Positions 46,941-56,366 are shown, counted from the first letter of the stretch. The stretch is DNA of 62,773 nucleotides from an uncultured Clostridiaceae bacterium (GCA_948469815.1 CAOKMR010000002.1:1-62773); one strand, 5' to 3'. Program-made: numbers and translations. The notes: a model not told the origin generated them from the letters alone.

Positions 46941-46955
46941 AAAGGAGGATTTGCT

Positions 46956-47156
46956 ATGAGAAAAGCTTGGGATGATGTAAAATCGTTTGTAACAGTAGTA
47001 ATGACAATAGGATTAGTGTTGTTGCTATTTATACCAAACTTAAATCCACCTACAGAAATAATTGCATTATACTGTACAAGTTATGGATCGATAATGACAT
47101 ATTTCTTTACTAAAAAAGATGGTGGAAATACTGAAAATGCTGATAAAAGTGAGTAA
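46956..47156 (+). CDS. Holin
   Basis: 66 aa with two TM helices and a charged C-terminus. Lies between the XhlA-like gene and the endolysin gene. Confidence 0.65.
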   Translation: MRKAWDDVKSFVTVVMTIGLVLLLFIPNLNPPTEIIALYCTSYGSIMTYFFTKKDGGNTENADKSE

Positions 47157-47181
47157 ACAAACTATACTAACTTAAAATAAA

Positions 47182-47218
47182 AATGGCTTAAAACGCAACA
47201 TTGCAAGCCATTTTTTTA
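47182..47218 (+). terminator. Rho-independent terminator after the holin gene
   Basis: aatggctt...aagccatt followed by TTTTTTT. Confidence 0.65.
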
Positions 47219-47248
47219 ATACCAAGATAAATTTCTGGTATTTATATA

Positions 47249-47285
47249 AAACAGGAAGAAAATTTAAAAATCTTCCTGTTTTTCA
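47249..47285 (+). terminator. Second hairpin terminator
   Basis: aaacaggaaga-(11 nt)-tcttcctgttt followed by TTT. Confidence 0.6.
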
Positions 47286-47312
47286 TTTTATAAAAGAAAG
47301 GAGCGATTTTTT

Positions 47313-47387
47313 ATGGAAGAAGAAATCGAATTGACTGAAGAAATGAAACAAGAATTAACAAATGGAAAGGAAGAAGGTGAAGAATAA
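47313..47387 (+). CDS. 24-aa highly acidic leader-like ORF coupled to the endolysin start (TAATG)
   Basis: AAAGGAG RBS upstream. Sequence is MEEEIELTEEMKQELTNGKEEGEE. Its stop overlaps the endolysin ATG. Confidence 0.3.
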   Translation: MEEEIELTEEMKQELTNGKEEGEE

Positions 47388-48391
47388 TGGGAACAATGTC
47401 AAGTTTAGCACAAGGTGCTTATATTGCTCATTCTAACAATTATCAAAAAGGAAGAAATGGGCATAAAATTTGTAAATTTACTCCTCATATTATGGCAGGA
47501 ATTTTAACAGGAAAACAATGTGCAGTTAATATTTTTCAAAAACCTAATAGGATCGCATCAGCAAACTATTGTATAGGAAATGATGGAGATTTAGTATGCA
47601 ATGTTTACGAAGAAGATAGAGCATACACATCAAGTTCAAGATCAAATGATAATCAAGCAATTACAGTTGAAGTTTCTAATTGTGAAATTGGTGGAGAATG
47701 GAAAATTTCTGATGCTGCGTGGAATACTTTAGTTAAATTAGCAGTTGATGTATGTAGAAGATATAATTTTAGGTTAGTTTATGATGGAACACCTAATGGA
47801 AGTCTAACAAGACATAATATGTTCGCCAATACATCTTGTCCTGGTAAATATCTACAAAGTAGATTCCAAGAACTCGCAGATACAGTAAATGCTCAATTAG
47901 ATGGTGGAAATATACCAGTTTCAAATCCAAATACAAGCAAAAAATCAAATGAAGAAATTGCAAACGAAGTTATTGCTGGTAAATGGGGAAATGGATCTAA
48001 CAGATTTAATAGATTAGCACAAGCAGGTTATGATGGAAATGCTATTCAAAATATTGTAAATCAAAAATTAGATGGATCAGTTTCAGCACCTAAACCAAGC
48101 AAAAAGTCTAATGAAACTATTGCACAAAAAGTAATAAATGGTGCTTGGGGTAATGGAGAAGATCGCAAAAATAAATTAAGTGCAGCAGGATACGATTACA
48201 ATGTAATTCAATCAATAGTTAATCAAAAATTAGGGACAAAACCTGTTTCAAATAAAGAATCAAACGAAACAATAGCGAATGAAGTTATCCAAGGCAAATG
48301 GGGCAATGGACAAGACAGAAAAAACAAACTTATTGCAGCAGGGTATGACTATAATGCTATACAAGCAATTGTAAATAGAAAATTGAAATAA
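47387..48391 (+). CDS. Endolysin: N-acetylmuramoyl-L-alanine amidase (amidase_2/PGRP-like) with three Cpl-7-like cell-wall-binding repeats
   Basis: N-terminal catalytic region (..NQAITVEV.., ..H..F..TSCPG) plus three ~43-aa repeats SNE.IA.EVI.GKWGNG..R.N.L..AGYD.N.IQ..VN.KL. Confidence 0.9.
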   Translation: MGTMSSLAQGAYIAHSNNYQKGRNGHKICKFTPHIMAGILTGKQCAVNIFQKPNRIASANYCIGNDGDLVCNVYEEDRAYTSSSRSNDNQAITVEVSNCEIGGEWKISDAAWNTLVKLAVDVCRRYNFRLVYDGTPNGSLTRHNMFANTSCPGKYLQSRFQELADTVNAQLDGGNIPVSNPNTSKKSNEEIANEVIAGKWGNGSNRFNRLAQAGYDGNAIQNIVNQKLDGSVSAPKPSKKSNETIAQKVINGAWGNGEDRKNKLSAAGYDYNVIQSIVNQKLGTKPVSNKESNETIANEVIQGKWGNGQDRKNKLIAAGYDYNAIQAIVNRKLK

Positions 48392-48415
48392 TATAAAAGG
48401 GAGATTGTTTCTCCC

Positions 48416-48589
48416 TTATTGTATATTTTTTAATTTTTGTTGTATATTATTAATAGAACTATAAAGTTCTGAAACAGAAGTATTTAATAAGTCTATATTC
48501 TTGATTTCATTAACACAGCTTTCAACAATATTTTTCTTATTAATCTTCTGTTTCTTTTTACTTTTGTATTCAATTAAAAAATTGCTCAT
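48416..48589 (-). CDS. 57-aa ORF translationally coupled (ATGA) to the upstream XRE gene; not in ORF track
   Basis: Its ATG (48589..48587) overlaps the TGA of the XRE gene. Lys-rich N-terminus. Confidence 0.35.
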   Translation of the reverse strand: MSNFLIEYKSKKKQKINKKNIVESCVNEIKNIDLLNTSVSELYSSINNIQQKLKNIQ

Positions 48590-48798
48590 TTTTTTGACTT
48601 TTCCTTTCTTACAATAATATCACCAGGTTCACATCCTAAAATCATACACATTTTATCTAATGTATCAAATTTTATTCCAGTAGTAGTATTATCCATTAAA
48701 TGAGACAGTGCTTGATAACCTCCTTCCATATTTTTTATAAACCAATATTTTGTTTTCTTTTGTTCTTTTAGTATTTCATTTACTCTAACATATATCAT
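48586..48798 (-). CDS. XRE-family HTH protein
   Basis: MIYVRVNEILKEQKKTKYWFIKNM...LDKMCMILGCEPGDII HTH. GGAGG lies 7 nt upstream of ATG 48798. Confidence 0.75.
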   Translation of the reverse strand: MIYVRVNEILKEQKKTKYWFIKNMEGGYQALSHLMDNTTTGIKFDTLDKMCMILGCEPGDIIVRKEKSKK

Positions 48799-48951
48799 CT
48801 CATCACCTCCCTTCATTATAGATATTGTAAAACAAACTATAATTTATTTTAACTGCAACATATTTGACTTAAAGCAGTTATACCTAATTTACAAAATAGG
48901 TGTGAAATGATATAATAATGCTGAATCAAAAAACAAAAGAGGTATTGTTAT

Positions 48952-49113
48952 ATGGAGAAAAATATTATTGAATCGTTGGATAATATAAATAAACTTATAG
49001 AAGAAAGAAAATATCAAGAGGCAAAAAACTATATAAAAAAGACAAAAGCAGAGATGTCAAATAAAAACAATCCATCCAGTTATATAGATGATCTAGTTGA
49101 TAATTTAAAGTAA
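48952..49113 (+). CDS. 53-aa hypothetical ORF (prophage-end moron region)
   Basis: ATG with AAAAGAGG upstream; helical, charged sequence. Confidence 0.3.
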   Translation: MEKNIIESLDNINKLIEERKYQEAKNYIKKTKAEMSNKNNPSSYIDDLVDNLK

Positions 49114-49274
49114 AAGAATGTTAAGAAAAGTAGAAAAAAGTTGAACCTTAAAACTTATATGGGACAAGGAATGTATGTATTGATACCTAACACACATTAT
49201 AGTTAATTTTATTTACATAATATGGTATAATTAGATAAGAGATATCTCCAAATTAAATTATAAGGAGGTTCAAT

Positions 49275-49379
49275 ATGGAATTAAATATATTTGACAAAAT
49301 ATTGTCACAGATATTCAAAAGATATACATATAAAATATATAGATGTGGTGTCCGAGATGGGTTTAATTGGAATGAATAA
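49275..49379 (+). CDS. 34-aa hypothetical ORF ending at the attR core
   Basis: AAGGAGG lies 6-7 nt upstream. The stop at 49377-49379 abuts attR. Confidence 0.35.
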   Translation: MELNIFDKILSQIFKRYTYKIYRCGVRDGFNWNE

Positions 49380-49401
49380 TTTGTTACTAATTTGTTACTA
49401 A
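49380..49401. repeat. attR core
   Basis: Identical 22-mer to 9234-9255. Confidence 0.8.
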
Positions 49402-49630
49402 TAGGTTGTAATTAGTAGGAATTAGATGTAATGAAAAACAAGTCGCAAACCATTGAAAAATCAATAAAAATTTGATTTTGGGCGACTTGTTTAATTTTAT
49501 GCTAAAAATACTAAAAGTCGAATTATGTCGTACGATTTTTCTTGCATTTTGTAATTTAGGCGAGTATAATGGAAACATAACATGAGTTACATAATCATGC
49601 TAAATAATTTAAGGAAGGAGGATAAACTTT

Positions 49631-50233
49631 ATGAATAAGAAAAGGATAATTGCAATTTTTACAATTATTGCATTAATTATTTTATCTTTTTTAACAGGTA
49701 GTACATTTGCTAAATATTTAACCGAATATAAAACAACAGCTTCATTACAAATAGCAAGATGGTCAGTATCGGAAGAATTTTTAGTAAATGGAGTGAGTAA
49801 CGAATCTCAAAAAATAAATCTTGCAACAACTTATAATCCTGAAACTTTAGTAAATGGCAAAATTGCACCAGGTACATCTGGAACTTTTGGAGTACAAATA
49901 GATGCAACTGGAACAGAAACTGGAATTAATTATGAAATTAAATTTGATAGAATTTTAGGAGCAATAATTAATAATTTAGTATTTACTTATAACAATAATA
50001 CTTATTCCAATTTATCAGAATTATCAAATATTATAAGTGGTAATATTGCAGCAAATGCAGAAAACAAAATTGTAGATTTAGAAATCGGATGGTGTTGGCC
50101 ATATGAAACAGTAGAAAATGGAAATTCTCATGATGGAGATATCCAAGATACTTTAGATGGTTCAACTATTTATAATTCTAAATACAGCTTTGATGTTACA
50201 ATAACATGCACTCAAGATATTCCAAAAGTTTAA
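49631..50233 (+). CDS. Secreted TasA/camelysin-like protein with SipW-type signal peptide
   Basis: N-terminus MNKKRIIAIFTIIALIILSFLTGSTFAKY. Motif KIAPGTSGTF.VQID, and EIGWCWPYE...DIQDTLDG is shared with the paralogue at 51148. Confidence 0.55.
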   Translation: MNKKRIIAIFTIIALIILSFLTGSTFAKYLTEYKTTASLQIARWSVSEEFLVNGVSNESQKINLATTYNPETLVNGKIAPGTSGTFGVQIDATGTETGINYEIKFDRILGAIINNLVFTYNNNTYSNLSELSNIISGNIAANAENKIVDLEIGWCWPYETVENGNSHDGDIQDTLDGSTIYNSKYSFDVTITCTQDIPKV

Positions 50234-50374
50234 AAACTTTAGAAAAGTCAAGTTTATTTTGAAATTCTAATTTGTTCTTAATTTTATAAAAAATCATTAT
50301 TTAGGTAAGAACTAATTATATGAATTTTAATTAGTTCTTACAATTAAATTTTTATTCATAAAGTTCATATCACG

Positions 50375-51151
50375 ATGAAAAGTTTTATCAAATTTATTAT
50401 TTATTCACTAATTCTATCAATTATAATCAGTTTTATATTTTTGAAATTTATAAATAAATCAGAAATTAGTCAGTTATTTGGATATAGTTGTTTAAAGGTT
50501 ATAACAGGTAGTATGGAACCTGAGATAAAAACTGGTGAAAATGTGCTAATAAAAAAATGTAAAGATTATAAAGTAGGAGATATTATAACTTATATTACAA
50601 AGGATTTAGAAATAATAACTCATAGAATTGTTGCAAAGGAGGAAGGAGTTTATTATACAAAAGGAGATGCTAATAATGTAGAGGATTCAGAGCCAATATC
50701 AAACAATCAGATTTATGGTAAAGTTATTTTTCATTTTAATTCATTTTTGCCTAATTCATTTTTTTCTTTGGCAAAATATATTAATTCTAATAAAACTTCA
50801 ATAAATGCTAAAATTGCAAAGCCAATTTTTATAGTAAATGGTGATAAGGAAATTCTAATTGAAAAGTATGGGAGTGTAAATGATTATAATTTCTCAGTTA
50901 AAAATTACGATGCTAACAACCATACAAGTGAAGTCAGCCTAAATTACAAAATAGAAATTATTGCTACTGAAAATATAAAATATCAACTATTTTGTAATGA
51001 TAATTTAGTAGATGTAAATAGTATCTTTACTTTACCTCATAGTAATCCTAAAGAAGATAATTATACATTAAAAATAGAGGCTCCAGAAGATTATAAAGGG
51101 AGTGTAAAAATAAATGTATATGCCTATCAAATGAAGGAGGGAAAAAGTTGA
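50375..51151 (+). CDS. sipW: Archaeal/ER-type signal peptidase I (SipW-like) with a ~110-aa C-terminal extension
   Basis: TM helix, then GSMEP (catalytic Ser box), ITHRIV (His box) and KGDANN. 258 aa. Confidence 0.75.
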   Translation: MKSFIKFIIYSLILSIIISFIFLKFINKSEISQLFGYSCLKVITGSMEPEIKTGENVLIKKCKDYKVGDIITYITKDLEIITHRIVAKEEGVYYTKGDANNVEDSEPISNNQIYGKVIFHFNSFLPNSFFSLAKYINSNKTSINAKIAKPIFIVNGDKEILIEKYGSVNDYNFSVKNYDANNHTSEVSLNYKIEIIATENIKYQLFCNDNLVDVNSIFTLPHSNPKEDNYTLKIEAPEDYKGSVKINVYAYQMKEGKS

Positions 51152-51870
51152 TATTATTTAATAATAAAGAGGCTGATTTAGAGCATAAAAAAACTTATAG
51201 AGAAAATATCAAGTTTAAATTTGAGGGATCTGCACTATTGTTAAAACGTAATAAAAACGGAAGAATAAAAAAAGTATTACAGATTCGTTCTGGATATAAA
51301 TTAAAAAATAATGGTATTTACGAATTAATACTTAATGATGATTATTTAATTCATTTTTGTTTAAAGAAGAGATTATTTATAATCTTACTTCTAATAGGAA
51401 TTATTCTATTTGGCTCATTTTATTTTGGTTTTAAATCTCAAAACTTTTCTTATACCCCCAATGATAATATCTACATATTTACTACTAATGATGTAGAATT
51501 CAGAAATATAGATTTAATGGAAAACTACAGAAAATCTACAGTTTTAAATGATAAAATTGCACCAGGTAGTGTAGGTAACTTTACTATAATGATTGATAAT
51601 AATACACGTGATGATTACAAATATTCATTTATATTTAAGGAAAAAAATTTAAAACCTGAAGGATTATATTTTAAATTCAAAGGAATTAAATATTATGAGA
51701 TTAAAGATTTAATATCTCAACTTAATGGCTCATTAAGACCTCATGAAACAAATATTTTAGAAATTGAATGGTGTTGGGATTATCAAGGAGATGATATTAA
51801 AGATACATTAGAAGGTATTTTAGCATTAGATTATTCTTTTGAAATATCATTAGTATCTACAAAATTATAA
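51148..51870 (+). CDS. Membrane-anchored paralogue of the TasA-like protein
   Basis: ~75-aa N-terminal region, a TM helix, then DKIAPGSVGNFTIMIDN and EIEWCWDYQGDDIKDTLEG matching 49631-50233. Confidence 0.5.
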   Translation: MILFNNKEADLEHKKTYRENIKFKFEGSALLLKRNKNGRIKKVLQIRSGYKLKNNGIYELILNDDYLIHFCLKKRLFIILLLIGIILFGSFYFGFKSQNFSYTPNDNIYIFTTNDVEFRNIDLMENYRKSTVLNDKIAPGSVGNFTIMIDNNTRDDYKYSFIFKEKNLKPEGLYFKFKGIKYYEIKDLISQLNGSLRPHETNILEIEWCWDYQGDDIKDTLEGILALDYSFEISLVSTKL

Positions 51871-51885
51871 AGGAGAGGGGAAAAA

Positions 51886-52563
51886 GTGTATAAAAAATAT
51901 GTAATTGTATTAATATTAAATATATTAATTCTGATTAATAATAATCAAACATTTGCTAAATATGTATTTAATGATACATTAAATGTTGCAACACTTAATA
52001 CAGGAGGTAATTATTATCTAATTAAATATACCGAAAAAGGTAATTCTAATGAAAAAATAGAGAAAGTATATAAAGGAGATAATCATGACTCAGATGGAAC
52101 AATATTAAAAAAGTGGATAATCGATAAAAGAACTACTTTAGAAACAATTAAGATTGAAGATAATAGTGGAGATATAAGAGATTGCTCATATCTTTTTGGA
52201 GGAAGTAATGAAATTTTAGTATGTGTATTTCTTAAAAAGATTGATTTAAGTGGATTTAATACAGAAAATGTTACTGATATGAAATTCATGTTTTATGATT
52301 GTGTTAGTTTGGTTGATTTAAATGTTTCAAACTTAAATACTAGTAAAGTTACAGATATGTCTTATATGTTTAAGAACTGTCAATCATTACCAACAATTGA
52401 TTTAAGGAGTTTTGATACACATAATGTTACTAATATGGATGCTATGTTTGGAAATTGCAGAATAGCAAAAGAGATAAAAGCTTCTTCAATGTGGACAAAT
52501 GAAAAAGCTACTACAAAGAATATGTTTGCTAATTGTGGTGTATCTTCTATAAGTTTTTATTAA
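51886..52563 (+). CDS. DUF285/BspA-type leucine-rich-repeat surface protein
   Basis: Repeats NTENVTDMKFMFYDC, NTSKVTDMSYMFKNC and DTHNVTNMDAMFGNC. The signal peptide ends in ..QTFAKY, as in 49631. Confidence 0.7.
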   Translation: MYKKYVIVLILNILILINNNQTFAKYVFNDTLNVATLNTGGNYYLIKYTEKGNSNEKIEKVYKGDNHDSDGTILKKWIIDKRTTLETIKIEDNSGDIRDCSYLFGGSNEILVCVFLKKIDLSGFNTENVTDMKFMFYDCVSLVDLNVSNLNTSKVTDMSYMFKNCQSLPTIDLRSFDTHNVTNMDAMFGNCRIAKEIKASSMWTNEKATTKNMFANCGVSSISFY

Positions 52564-52581
52564 ATGCATTTATATAAAAAC

Positions 52582-52624
52582 AAAGGGCGCATGGTATAAC
52601 CTAACTACCATTGCGCCTTTTGCA
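52582..52624 (+). terminator. Hairpin terminator after the SipW/TasA-like cluster
   Basis: aaagggcgcatgg...ccattgcgccttt (bulged stem) followed by TTTT. Confidence 0.55.
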
Positions 52625-52793
52625 ATCTTATTTACAAATAAGATCGTAAATAAAGGATATTACTACAATAATTAAGCTTAGAAAAAAGCTAAGACAATTT
52701 TAGATAATTTGCAAATTTAGAGAAATATAGTTTCAAAAATTTACATAATTACATAATATATTATATATTCAAAATGGTTAGGGGGATAATATT

Positions 52794-53373
52794 TTGGAAC
52801 TAAAAGGGAAGAAGATTGGTTTTTGTTTAACAGGTTCTTTTTATACATTTAAAAATATCTTTGATGAAATGAAAAAAATCATAAAAAAAGGTGGAGAAGT
52901 TATCCCTATTATGTCTTATTATGCTTATAACACTGATAGTAAATTTGGAAAAGCTAAAGATTTTGTTAGTGAAATAGAGAATATAACAGGGAAAAAGGTT
53001 ATACATAGTATGCAAGAAGCGGAATATATTTCCAATTATTATGAATTAGATATAATGATTATTGCTCCATGCTCACGGAAATACAGTAGCAAAACTTGCA
53101 AATTCTATAACAGATACACCAGTATTAGTTGGAGCAAGAACTCATTTAAAAGATAGTAAGCCATTAGTTTTAGGACTTTGCTGTAAAGATGGATTAAGTC
53201 TTAACGCTGAAAATATAGGAAAATTACTTAATAGAAAGGATTTATTTTTTGTTCCTTTCAGGCAAGATAATCCAATAACTAAGCCATATTCAATATGTTT
53301 TGATTACAAATACATAATAAAAACTTTAGAAAATGCACTAGATAAGGAACAAATACAGCCATTATTAAATTAA
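52794..53373 (+). CDS. dpaB: Dipicolinate synthase subunit B-like flavoprotein, split by a +1 frame change at in-frame CGG 53076-53078
   Basis: KGKKIGFCLTGS..DIMIIAPCS | GNTVAKLANSITDTPVL...FFVPFRQDNP is collinear with SpoVFB/DpaB as I recall it. Two overlapping ORFs in the track (52794-53156 and 53062-53373). Confidence 0.75.
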
Positions 53374-53469
53374 AAGTTACAATTCACAGCCAATTTCGAA
53401 TAAAAGGTATAAATTAAGTTTAAAACTAAAATTTATACCCTTTACAAATTATATTTTAATATCTGAGTT

Positions 53470-54948
53470 TTATAATATTATACAGATTAATCCACCACTT
53501 CCTTCATTTACAATGCGTTCTAGAGTTTCTTGTAATTTTCCTTGAGCATCTTCTGGCATACGAGATAATTTATTTTGTAAACCTTCATTTACAAGTTCAT
53601 GTAAATTTTTTCCAAAAATATTAGATTCCCAAATTTTTTGAGGATCACTTTCAAATTCTGAAAGTAGGTAATTAACTAATTCTTCAGATTGTTTTTCTGA
53701 ACCTACAATAGGAGAAACCTCAGTTTCTATATTAGCTTTTACGATATGAAGACTTGGAGCAGTAGCTTTTAATTTTACACCAAATTTAGAACCTTGTTTT
53801 ACCATTTCTGGTTCATCTAAAATTAAATCTTCCATTCCAGGTGTTACAATACCGTATCCTGTAGCTTTTGCAGATTCTAATGCATAAGATATTTTATCAT
53901 ATTCTTTCTTAGTTTGAGCAAAAGAAGTAAGTACAGAGAATAAATCACCTTCATCAGATATTGATACCCCTGTCATATCACTTAAAATTTGATAGAATAA
54001 ATTATCTTTTAACTCAATAGAAATATTTATATTACCATTACCAAGATTAATCTCTTGTAATACACTATTATTTATTATATCAGTAGAACTTATATTATCA
54101 ACACAAGGTTTTACTTCTTTAAGTACTCGGATATTACTAAAAGAGTTTTTGATATCAGAGTAAAGTGATTGTTTTAGCCAATGTGAATCATCAAGAGTAT
54201 TAACCCATTTTGGAAGACTTAAATTAATTTGTTCAATAGGGAATTCATAAAGAATTTTACTAAACATATTATTAATATCTTCAATATTTAATTCTGAGCA
54301 ATTTAGAGGTAATACAGAAACACCATATTTTTCCTCAAGTTTTTCAGAAAGTTGAGTTGTATATTCAGAAGAAGGTTCAGAACTATTTAGAACTATTACA
54401 AAAGGTTTATTTAATGCTTTTAATTCATTTACTACACGTTCCTCAGCCTCTATGTAATCTTCTCTTGGAATATCAGAAAAGCTTCCATCAGTAGTAATTA
54501 AAATTCCAATAGTAGAATGTTCATCAATTACTTTTTTAGTACCTATCTCTGCTGCTCTTTCAAAAGGGATTTCTTCATCAGACCAAGGAGTTTTTACCAT
54601 TCTAGGAACATCATCTTCTAAATATCCAATAGCATTATTTACAAGATAACCAACACAATCAACAAGTCTAGCTTTAAATTTCAAATTATCACCAAGATTA
54701 ATTTGAACAGCTTCATTAGGAACGAACTTTGGCTCTGTAGTCATAATAGTTCTACCACCAGCACTTTGAGGTAATTCATCTTTAGCCCTTTCTTTTTTAT
54801 ATTCATTTTCAATATTTGGAATAACTAATAAATCCATAAAACGCTTAATAAAAGTTGATTTACCAGTTCTAACGGGACCTACAACACCTACATAAATATC
54901 TCCATCAGTTCTAGATTGTATATCCTGATATAAATTTGAATTTTCCAT
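53470..54948 (-). CDS. spoIVA: Stage IV sporulation protein A
   Basis: MENSNLYQDIQSRTDGDIYVGVVGPVRTGKSTFIKRFMD... is the typical SpoIVA N-terminus with Walker A. ~492 aa. The second ATG (54948) follows GGAGG. Confidence 0.95.
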   Translation of the reverse strand: MENSNLYQDIQSRTDGDIYVGVVGPVRTGKSTFIKRFMDLLVIPNIENEYKKERAKDELPQSAGGRTIMTTEPKFVPNEAVQINLGDNLKFKARLVDCVGYLVNNAIGYLEDDVPRMVKTPWSDEEIPFERAAEIGTKKVIDEHSTIGILITTDGSFSDIPREDYIEAEERVVNELKALNKPFVIVLNSSEPSSEYTTQLSEKLEEKYGVSVLPLNCSELNIEDINNMFSKILYEFPIEQINLSLPKWVNTLDDSHWLKQSLYSDIKNSFSNIRVLKEVKPCVDNISSTDIINNSVLQEINLGNGNINISIELKDNLFYQILSDMTGVSISDEGDLFSVLTSFAQTKKEYDKISYALESAKATGYGIVTPGMEDLILDEPEMVKQGSKFGVKLKATAPSLHIVKANIETEVSPIVGSEKQSEELVNYLLSEFESDPQKIWESNIFGKNLHELVNEGLQNKLSRMPEDAQGKLQETLERIVNEGSGGLICIIL

Positions 54949-55124
54949 ATTAACCTCCATAAACTATATACAAAATGTTTGTACTATAAACTTCATTTGT
55001 TAATGTATATTAGGCAAAAATGAAAAATATTACAAAAGAATTAAAATAAAGATAATTTCCATAAACTAACATTGCTTACATCTATCATATTATTATATAA
55101 TATTGGTAAGTAGGTGTTGTATAT

Positions 55125-56366
55125 ATGAGATTTGTTAAATGTTATGGAAAAAAACTTATAATGAAAGAACTTAAAAGAAGTTATAAATTTTTTATAGATG
55201 AAACAAATACTAATAAAAACAGCAAAGGATATGGATTAACAAGAGATAAAACAATACTTGCAAATCATATAGCAAGTATTGCATCAGTTGGATATGGATT
55301 AGCAGCATTAATTGTTGGAGTAGAACATAATTGGATAAAATATGAAAAAGCATATGATAGAGCAAATAGAACATTAGATACATTTATTAAAAATGTAGAA
55401 GGAAAAAATGGTTTCTATTATCATTTTGTAAATATTGAAACAGGTAAAAGAGAATGGAATTGTGAAATTTCTATAATAGATACAGCAATCTTTATATGTG
55501 GAGCACTAACCGCAGGCGAATACTTTGGAAAAGAAGTAAAGGAAAAAGCAGAAATTTTATATAAAAGAATAAATTGGGAATGGTATAGAAATAAGGAAAC
55601 AAATTATTTTTATATGGGATATACTCCAGAAAAAGGTTTTTGGGGACATTGGGATATGTATGCAGAACAATTAATGTTATATGTTTTAGGAGTAGGTTCA
55701 GAGACATACCCAGTTGATAAAAGTATGTATAATGATTTTAAAAGGAAAAAAGGAAACTATAAAAACATAAAAGATATAATATATACATATTGTGGAACAT
55801 TATTTACATATCAATTTTCACATGCATGGATAGATTTTAGAGATATAATAGATAAAAACTCTATTAATTGGTTTGAAAACTCTATAAAAGCTACAAAAGC
55901 TAATAGGCAATATTGTATAGATAATAAAGAAAGATTTAAAACATATGGAGAAAATTCATGGGGATTAACATCATGCCTTGGACCAAAAGGATATTGTATA
56001 TTTGGTGCTGAGCCATGTAATGCAGATTTAAAATTAGAAAATGATGGAACAGTAACACCATGTGGAGCAATAGGTTCGATAGTATTTACACCGAAAGAAA
56101 GTATAAAAGCAATGGAATATTATTATAATACATTTCCTAAACTATGGGGAAAATATGGATTTAAAGATGGATATAACTTACAAAAAGAAAAACCATGGTT
56201 TGCAAAAGAATATATAGGAATTGATAAAGGGATAGAATTATTAATGATAGAAAACTACTTAAATGGTACAATATGGAGATACATGATGAAAAATAAATAT
56301 GTTAAAAAAGGATTAGAACAACTAGAATTTATACAAATTAAACAAAAGGAAGAGATTTTATTATAG
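55125..56366 (+). CDS. Glucoamylase-like / beta-glucan glycosidase family protein (DUF3131-type)
   Basis: 413 aa with (alpha/alpha)6-like motifs ..GYGLTRDK..ASVGYGLAAL..GFYYHFVN...IDTA.. Family recalled from memory, not searched. Confidence 0.5.
   Translation: MRFVKCYGKKLIMKELKRSYKFFIDETNTNKNSKGYGLTRDKTILANHIASIASVGYGLAALIVGVEHNWIKYEKAYDRANRTLDTFIKNVEGKNGFYYHFVNIETGKREWNCEISIIDTAIFICGALTAGEYFGKEVKEKAEILYKRINWEWYRNKETNYFYMGYTPEKGFWGHWDMYAEQLMLYVLGVGSETYPVDKSMYNDFKRKKGNYKNIKDIIYTYCGTLFTYQFSHAWIDFRDIIDKNSINWFENSIKATKANRQYCIDNKERFKTYGENSWGLTSCLGPKGYCIFGAEPCNADLKLENDGTVTPCGAIGSIVFTPKESIKAMEYYYNTFPKLWGKYGFKDGYNLQKEKPWFAKEYIGIDKGIELLMIENYLNGTIWRYMMKNKYVKKGLEQLEFIQIKQKEEILL

Larger units (their letters stand above)
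9234..49401. mobile_element. Integrated siphovirus-type prophage (~40.2 kb) with DGR
   Basis: 22-bp direct repeat at both ends and an integrase at the left end. Contains a complete lysogeny, replication, packaging, head, tail and lysis gene order. Confidence 0.9.

Noticed and set aside
49387-49578. 63-aa minus-strand ORF beginning just right of attR.
   Set aside because: It has no RBS and reads into the att core. It lies in what looks like the promoter/leader of the TasA-like operon. Probably spurious.
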